Below are positions 26,594 to 32,000 of a stretch of 32,000 bases of DNA, piece after piece. The notes beneath the pieces were generated by a model, which searched no databases, was not told the DNA's origin, and saw only the letters and a program-made list of their open reading frames with translations. The position numbers were made by a program, and so were the translations under genes. Numbering within the stretch: position 1 is the stretch's first letter; the number at the start of each line of letters is the position of its first letter. Source of the stretch: Synechocystis sp. PCC 6803 substr. PCC-P (GTDB lineage Bacteria > Cyanobacteriota > Cyanobacteriia > Cyanobacteriales > Microcystaceae); the NCBI RefSeq assembly GCF_000284455.1, contig NC_017039.1:2100001-2132000 (forward strand), written 5' to 3'.

Positions 26594-28768
26594 ATGACTG
26601 GAAACGCCGCCCGCACCCAATCAGTTCACCAAATCATCAATCGACCTCTATCTTCTGGCAAGAAGTTATCCCGCCTGGAAGATATGTGGGCTGAGAACGT
26701 TTTTAATTTGAGCAAAATGCAGGCCAGTCTTCCTAAAGGCGTTTTCAAATCAATTAAAAATACTATTACCACTGGCGAAAAATTGGACCCTTCCGTTGCT
26801 GATGCAGTGGCCACTGCTATGCGGGACTGGGCCATGGGGAAAGGGGCAATGTACTATGCCCACGTTTTCTATCCCATGACCAACCTCTCGGCGGAAAAGC
26901 ACGATGGCTTTATTTCTGTACAGGGGGATGGCAATGTCATTTCAGAGTTTTCCGGCAAAGTTCTAGTACAAGGGGAACCGGACGGCTCTTCTTTTCCCAA
27001 CGGTGGCATTCGGGATACCTTTGAGGCTAGGGGCTACACGGGATGGGACGTAACCAGTCCTGCCTACATTATGGAAACGGATAATGGTTCCACCCTATGT
27101 ATTCCGACGGTGTTTGTTTCCTGGACAGGGGAAGCGTTGGATAAAAAAGTGCCCCTATTGCGGTCCATTGCGGCCATGGATAAGGCGGCCCGCAAGGTGC
27201 TCAGTTTGTTGGGTAACGAAGACATTGCCCACGTTAATTCTAGTTGTGGGGCGGAGCAGGAATATTTTTTGGTGGATGCCAATTTTGCTAGCCAACGGCC
27301 GGACCTACTCCTCGCCGGACGGACTTTGTTTGGCAAGCTCCCGGCTAAGGGTCAGGAATTCGATGACCATTATTTTGGCGCTATTCCTGAACGGGTGCAG
27401 GTGTTCATGCAGGACGTGGAGGAGACCCTTTATAAGTTGGGTATTCCAGCTAAAACTCGCCATAATGAAGTGGCTCCCGGCCAGTTCGAAATTGCGCCCT
27501 TTTTTGAAGCGGCTAACGTGGCCAGTGACCACCAACAATTGTTAATGACGGTACTGAAAAATACGGCCAAAAAACATGGCTTTGTCTGTCTACTCCATGA
27601 AAAGCCTTTTGCGGGCATCAACGGTTCCGGTAAGCACGTTAACTGGTCAGTGGGTAACTCCACCCAGGGTAATTTGCTTGATCCCGGCGATTCTCCCCAC
27701 GATAATGCCCAATTCCTCGTTTTTTGCGGTGCAGTGATTCGGGGAGTGCACAAATACGGCCCTCTGATGCGGGCGGCGATCGCCACGGCTAGTAATGACC
27801 ACCGTTTGGGGGCCAACGAAGCTCCCCCGGCCATTATGTCCGTTTATCTGGGTACCCAATTAGAAGAGGTGTTTGAACAGATCAAAACCGGCAGTGTGAA
27901 GGATTCCAAGAAAAAAGGCGTGATGGATCTGGGAGTTGATGTACTTCCAGATTTAACCAAGGACGCTGGCGATCGAAACCGTACTTCTCCCTTTGCCTTC
28001 ACTGGTAACCGTTTTGAATTCCGAGCAGTGGGCTCCAGTCAGTCGGTTTCTGGTCCGCTAATTGTGCTGAACACCATGCTGGCTGACTCCCTTAACTGGA
28101 TTGGCGATCGTCTGGAGGCGGAGTTGGCCAAGGGATTGGACTTGGACACTGCCATTTTGACGGTGCTGAAGGAAATTATGGAAAACCACGGCCAGGTAAT
28201 TTTTGGTGGCAATGGCTATTCCGAAGAATGGCATAAAATGGCAGTGGAAGAACGGGGTTTGGCCAACTTGCGTACTACTGCCGATGCTTTGCCGGTGCTG
28301 AAGGAGAAGTATATCGAAGACCTATTTGAAAAAACTGGTGTATTGACTCCAGTGGAGTTGGAAAGCCGCTTTGAAGTCTACGCTGAGCAGTACATCCTCT
28401 CCATTGAAGTGGAAGCCAAACTGGTGGTCAGCATGGCCAAAACGGTCATTTATCCAGCGGCAGTGGAATACCTGTCCAAACTTTCCTCCACCATTGCCAG
28501 CCTCAGTGGTTTAGGCATTGATTTTGAAAAGGAAAGTGCCAAAAAGATCGCTGATTTGACCAACCAAATGGTCGGTGCTGTCGCCAAACTAAGTGAAGCT
28601 ATGGCTAAACACGACTTTGCCAACACCGAAGAGAAGTTGCAGTATTGCGCCCAAACTCTCCGTCCCCTGATGGATGAAGTACGGACTTTTGCCGATGCCC
28701 TGGAAGGGGAAATTGCCGATAGTTTCTGGCCCCTGCCTACCTACCAGGAAATGTTGTTTATCAAATAG
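26594..28768 (+). CDS. glnN: Glutamine synthetase type III
   Basis: 724 aa; [77 protein letters not shown]. Confidence 0.98.
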   Translation: MTGNAARTQSVHQIINRPLSSGKKLSRLEDMWAENVFNLSKMQASLPKGVFKSIKNTITTGEKLDPSVADAVATAMRDWAMGKGAMYYAHVFYPMTNLSAEKHDGFISVQGDGNVISEFSGKVLVQGEPDGSSFPNGGIRDTFEARGYTGWDVTSPAYIMETDNGSTLCIPTVFVSWTGEALDKKVPLLRSIAAMDKAARKVLSLLGNEDIAHVNSSCGAEQEYFLVDANFASQRPDLLLAGRTLFGKLPAKGQEFDDHYFGAIPERVQVFMQDVEETLYKLGIPAKTRHNEVAPGQFEIAPFFEAANVASDHQQLLMTVLKNTAKKHGFVCLLHEKPFAGINGSGKHVNWSVGNSTQGNLLDPGDSPHDNAQFLVFCGAVIRGVHKYGPLMRAAIATASNDHRLGANEAPPAIMSVYLGTQLEEVFEQIKTGSVKDSKKKGVMDLGVDVLPDLTKDAGDRNRTSPFAFTGNRFEFRAVGSSQSVSGPLIVLNTMLADSLNWIGDRLEAELAKGLDLDTAILTVLKEIMENHGQVIFGGNGYSEEWHKMAVEERGLANLRTTADALPVLKEKYIEDLFEKTGVLTPVELESRFEVYAEQYILSIEVEAKLVVSMAKTVIYPAAVEYLSKLSSTIASLSGLGIDFEKESAKKIADLTNQMVGAVAKLSEAMAKHDFANTEEKLQYCAQTLRPLMDEVRTFADALEGEIADSFWPLPTYQEMLFIK

Positions 28769-28782
28769 TGCATATCACCCCA

Positions 28783-28860
28783 GGGGGATGGGTAAAACCA
28801 TCTCCCAATGCTGGGGTAAACCAGCTTAAAGTCCCCTCAAGCTTTTGGAAGTTTGGGGGG
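28783..28860 (+). terminator. Three consecutive stem-loops 3' of glnN; the third is the strongest terminator candidate but has no T-tract
   Basis: GGGGGATGG/CCATCTCCC (28783-28806), GCTGG/CCAGC (28810-28825), CCCCTCAAGCTT/AAGTTTGGGGGG (28833-28860, 12 pairs including 2 G-U, 4-nt loop). Confidence 0.55.
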
Positions 28861-28931
28861 ATTAATGATCGGGAAATTGCTGATTTTTTAGATATACCTT
28901 TAAAATTGGTCAATAGATTTGATTAAAACCC

Positions 28932-29366
28932 ATGAAAAACCAACTTTACGAAACGGATTTTGTACGGTGGACAGAAGAACAGGCACAATATATTCAACAA
29001 AATGACTTGGAATCCATTGACTGGCAAAATATTCAGGAAGAAATAAGTGCCTTGGGTCGCAGTGAAAAACATGAGCTAGAAAATCGTCTTGAAGTTCTCC
29101 TGGAGCATCTGTTAAAACGAGGCTATATCAATAGCGCTTACGATAATCGTGGCTGGGAAATTACTATTAAAGAACAACGAAAGAAAATTCGACGGTTATT
29201 ACGAGATTCCCCTAGTTTAAAGAATTACGGCGAGGCCTTAATTCCAGAAATCTGGCAGGAGGCACGCTCTGATATCCAAGACATTTATCCGACTACTCCA
29301 CTGCCCACAATCAATCCATTTGGTGAAAGTTTGGATCAATTATTAACGGTTACTTTTTGGCAATAA
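28932..29366 (+). CDS. DUF29 family protein
   Basis: 144 aa; YETDFVRWTEEQAQYIQQNDLESIDWQNIQEEISALGRSEKHELENRLEVLLEHLLKR is the DUF29 signature. Confidence 0.9.
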   Translation: MKNQLYETDFVRWTEEQAQYIQQNDLESIDWQNIQEEISALGRSEKHELENRLEVLLEHLLKRGYINSAYDNRGWEITIKEQRKKIRRLLRDSPSLKNYGEALIPEIWQEARSDIQDIYPTTPLPTINPFGESLDQLLTVTFWQ

Positions 29367-29368
29367 AA

Positions 29369-29401
29369 AAGACCTCCAACTCAGAATCGAGGGGAGATCT
29401 T
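29369..29401. terminator. Probable bidirectional terminator between convergent DUF29 gene and psbV
   Basis: AAGACCTCC ... GGAGATCTT forms a 9-position stem with one C-A mismatch. A-tract on the left and TTTTT a few bases to the right. Confidence 0.5.
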
Positions 29402-29442
29402 GCTAGTTTTTACGGAGTTCGATGGTTTACTTCTCTATTTTT

Positions 29443-29925
29443 CTAGAAGTAGATGGTGCCACCCCACCGTTCATCTAATTTGGGAGCAATGAGGGTGTAA
29501 CCAGCCACATCAAAGATGTCGTCTTCGGTGTAGTTTCTCATTTCTGGGTAGATGTCGGGACGGGAAATATTGGGATGTAATTCCGAATAGTCATCTTCAC
29601 CGTCATAACTCTTGGGATTCTTGAGAAATTCCACCAAGGCCAGGACGTTGTCCCGACGGGGCTCGGCACCAGCCAAGTCTGCCAAGCCTAAACTAACGTT
29701 ATTATTAGTTTTGGTTTTACCCTGGAGGTGACATTGGGTGCAGGTGTCCACAAAAATCTTTTGGCCGTTGGTGAACTGGCGGGCGGTTAAGGTTGTGGTG
29801 CCACCGGCTTCATCGAGGGGAATGGTGCGGGTGCTTTCGGTTAACTCCACCGCATTGGCACTGCCGACCATGGTGTTAAAGAAAAATAGGACAGAGGCGA
29901 TCGCCACCAGAAAAAAGCGTTTCAC
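29443..29925 (-). CDS. psbV: Photosystem II cytochrome c550 precursor
   Basis: ORF listed from 29940; GTG at 29925 preceded by AGGAGAA gives MKRFFLVAIASVLFFFNTMVGSANAVELTEST. Haem motif CTQCH. Confidence 0.97.
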   Translation of the reverse strand: MKRFFLVAIASVLFFFNTMVGSANAVELTESTRTIPLDEAGGTTTLTARQFTNGQKIFVDTCTQCHLQGKTKTNNNVSLGLADLAGAEPRRDNVLALVEFLKNPKSYDGEDDYSELHPNISRPDIYPEMRNYTEDDIFDVAGYTLIAPKLDERWGGTIYF

Positions 29926-30083
29926 AAAGGTTCTCCTCAAACTGTTGGTATAAGGGGTGAGAAAGGGAATCGGTCAATTCTCAATCTTTTTAAAAATAGG
30001 GTTTTAATCAAGTATGCCAAGAAAATCGAGGGTTTTTGCTCGGTCAGTATGGGAACAGGAGCCATAGCAACCAGCCGACAATG

Positions 30084-30284
30084 TCAGGAAAGGCCCCCTA
30101 ACTCAGAAGCAGATTGCTGGCGGTGTAGAATTTGCATAATCACCGCTTTAGCGTCCTCTAGGGCAAGGTTAGTATCCTGGTTTTTGTAGGCTATGCCGAG
30201 TTGGTCGCACAGGTCGAAAACCGACTGCACAGTCAGATCGTACTCTGTGGCAATGGACTGAATCGACAGATCCGCAAACCCCAT
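30084..30284 (-). CDS. Small protein resembling an isolated IF2_N-type helical domain
   Basis: 66 aa; IQSIATEYDLTVQSVFDLCDQLGIAYKNQDTNLALEDAKAVIMQIL follows the pattern of IF-2 N-terminal subdomains. Confidence 0.5.
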   Translation of the reverse strand: MGFADLSIQSIATEYDLTVQSVFDLCDQLGIAYKNQDTNLALEDAKAVIMQILHRQQSASELGGLS

Positions 30285-30541
30285 AAAATTTAATTGCTAT
30301 GGTTTACCGAAAGATTGAGCGGTATAACTATCATGCCATTCTCGGTTCCCTTTGCCACAGCCTGCCGCCGGGGATCTAACCGAGATATGCTGTGCCCTAT
30401 GCCATTGCTGGAAAAGATCCCGCCGCATTTGGGGGCTTTGGGCCGTTGGAAGCTCTGAATTTGGTTAAAATCGTCACCCCAGGGTAGGGATGTGTTGATT
30501 AAGATATATTAAGCCCAACTTCCCATCACCCCTAATCAACC

Positions 30542-31372
30542 TTGTCCACTGCCTATCTGTTGGTTGCCCACGGTAGCCGTGATCCCCGTCCCCAGATCGC
30601 CCTCGATCGCCTGACTTACCTAGTGGGTCAATTTTTACCCAGACCCCGCCCCCTGGAAAGCAAGAAAGGGTTAGCTAAGCGCAATGGGGCGGAAACTTGG
30701 CGGGCGTATTATTCCGGAGGATTATTAACGGAGGTAAATCAGGGGAAGCAACTGGAACCGCCGGTGTTTAGTGCCAGCTTGGAGGCCCAGGCGTTACCTC
30801 TCCATCAACAGTTGGTAAACTTAGCCGAAAACCTGATTCCCCAGGGGGTCAAACGGATTGTCATTCTGCCCCTGTTTCTGCTTATGGGAGTACATACCTG
30901 TGAAGACTTGCCCCAGGCCATTGCCCAGGCCAAAGCGGAGTTGGGTAATAGCATCTCCATTCACTGTTTGCCCATTTTGGGGGTTTATCCCTGGCTACCA
31001 GCCTTACTAGAAAAGTCTTTCCTGCAGTACCAAAACCAACCCCAGGCGGAGAGAATCCTCTTGGCCCACGGTAGTAAACGGGCCGGTGGTAATTTGGCGA
31101 TCGCCACGGTGGCGGAAAAATTAGGGGCCAGGGCAGCCTACTGGAAAGGGGGCATTAGTTTGAACACCGTCCTGGGGGAAATTAAGACGCCGGGGGAAGT
31201 TGTGATTTTGCCTTACTTTCTATTTGCCGGAGGATTGACAGACCTGATCAGAAAAGAGCGGGAACAACTCCAATTGGTCCATGGCCAGCTCCGCCTGCAA
31301 TTGGGGGAACCCCTGGGGCCCCAACCGTTGCTGGCCCAGTTAATTGCCACGGAACTACAGCGTTTTAACTAG
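30542..31372 (+). CDS. CbiX-like sirohydrochlorin cobalto/ferrochelatase, TTG start
   Basis: 276 aa; YLLVAHGSRDPRP, VKRIVILPLFLLMGVHTCEDLPQAI, ILLAHGSKRAGGN, VVILPYFLFAGGLTDLI (two class II chelatase half-domains). Confidence 0.82.
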   Translation: MSTAYLLVAHGSRDPRPQIALDRLTYLVGQFLPRPRPLESKKGLAKRNGAETWRAYYSGGLLTEVNQGKQLEPPVFSASLEAQALPLHQQLVNLAENLIPQGVKRIVILPLFLLMGVHTCEDLPQAIAQAKAELGNSISIHCLPILGVYPWLPALLEKSFLQYQNQPQAERILLAHGSKRAGGNLAIATVAEKLGARAAYWKGGISLNTVLGEIKTPGEVVILPYFLFAGGLTDLIRKEREQLQLVHGQLRLQLGEPLGPQPLLAQLIATELQRFN

Positions 31373-31383
31373 GTTTTAACTAG
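31362..31383. repeat. 11-bp perfect tandem duplication GTTTTAACTAG at the convergent gene junction
   Basis: GTTTTAACTAGGTTTTAACTAG is read directly at 31362-31383. Confidence 0.9.
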
Positions 31384-31855
31384 GGGGCAATAGCTCTTTT
31401 AAATCCATGGCCCAGTCCTGGGCTGTCAGGGCGATGCTCCTTCCTTCTCCTTGGTGGCACAGTTGAATTTGTAAATACTGACTTGGTAGTTGCGGTAATC
31501 TTTCCGGCCACTCGACCGCGGTAATACCCAAGGGAAAATCTTCCCCTTGCCAATATTGTTCCGGGTATAAATACTCGACTTCAAGGGTGTTAAGTCGATA
31601 CAAATCCAGATGGTAAAGGGGCATCTTACCTTCCCGATACTCATTAACAATGGTGAAAGTGGGACTGACAATTTCCCCCGTAATGCCCAACCCCCGGCCA
31701 AGGCCCTGGACTAAGCTAGTTTTCCCCGCTCCCAAATCCCCCTGCAACAAAATAATGGTGCCCAGCGGTAACTGTTGGGCCAATTGTTGTCCCCATTGAT
31801 CGGTAGCATTTAGGTCAGGGAGAAAAAATTCCATGGAGTTTTCATTCATCGGCAA
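31376..31855 (-). CDS. tsaE: tRNA threonylcarbamoyladenosine biosynthesis ATPase TsaE
   Basis: 159 aa; Walker A LQGDLGAGKTSLVQGLGRGLG, VSPTFTIVNEY, PLYHLDLYRL, GITAVEWPERL. Confidence 0.95.
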   Translation of the reverse strand: MPMNENSMEFFLPDLNATDQWGQQLAQQLPLGTIILLQGDLGAGKTSLVQGLGRGLGITGEIVSPTFTIVNEYREGKMPLYHLDLYRLNTLEVEYLYPEQYWQGEDFPLGITAVEWPERLPQLPSQYLQIQLCHQGEGRSIALTAQDWAMDLKELLPPS

Positions 31856-32000
31856 ATGGGAAACGTTTTAAGAATATTTGGACGAGTTTTATGGGGATGG
31901 GGCCGCCTTGGCAATGCTGACCCCTAGGCCTACCAAAATTTGTTAAGCTTTGTATCTAATTAGAGCCAATCTGTAACATTTTTTGACAGATCCAGTCCAG

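Noticed and set aside
27064-27859. Antisense ORFs within glnN
   Set aside because: Antisense to highly conserved glutamine synthetase III coding sequence.
1-32000. CRISPR array, tRNA, rRNA, transposase/IS, toxin-antitoxin or restriction system
   Set aside because: Read through intergenic regions and ORF translations; no regularly spaced repeats, cloverleaf-like sequences, transposase motifs or paired small toxin/antitoxin ORFs were recognised. tRNA absence was judged by eye and should be confirmed with tRNAscan-SE.

Overview
The window is cyanobacterial chromosome. From recognisable proteins (DesD, NdhV, PsbV, GlnN, NhaS2) it is almost certainly Synechocystis sp. PCC 6803 or a very close relative; that is my recall and no search was run. 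It is dense in core genes: nhaS2, ndhV, nusB, a phosphodiester glycosidase, priA, DUF948 and YtxH proteins, a 1578-aa CHASE/PAS/GAF/GGDEF/EAL sensor, desD, an RCK-pore-RCK channel-like protein, a 4-TM holin-like protein, an SPL-like radical SAM protein coupled to a methyltransferase-like protein, a CNNM/CorC protein, rpsP, a KH-domain protein, glnN, a DUF29 protein, psbV, an IF2_N-like small protein, a CbiX-like chelatase and tsaE. No rRNA, tRNA, transposase, prophage or CRISPR array was seen. The best candidate for an undescribed system is the tightly packed minus-strand run at 13910-18973. It holds a delta-6 desaturase, an unknown protein, a Rieske oxygenase, a ferritin-like diiron protein and an AurF-like (HxxxExxH) diiron protein, which together look like a multi-metalloenzyme oxidative pathway. 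Second-tier items are the AT-rich radical SAM/methyltransferase pair, the channel with a degenerate selectivity filter, and several small palindromic or hairpin elements around glnN, at the end of cbiX/tsaE, and upstream of the GGDEF/EAL gene.
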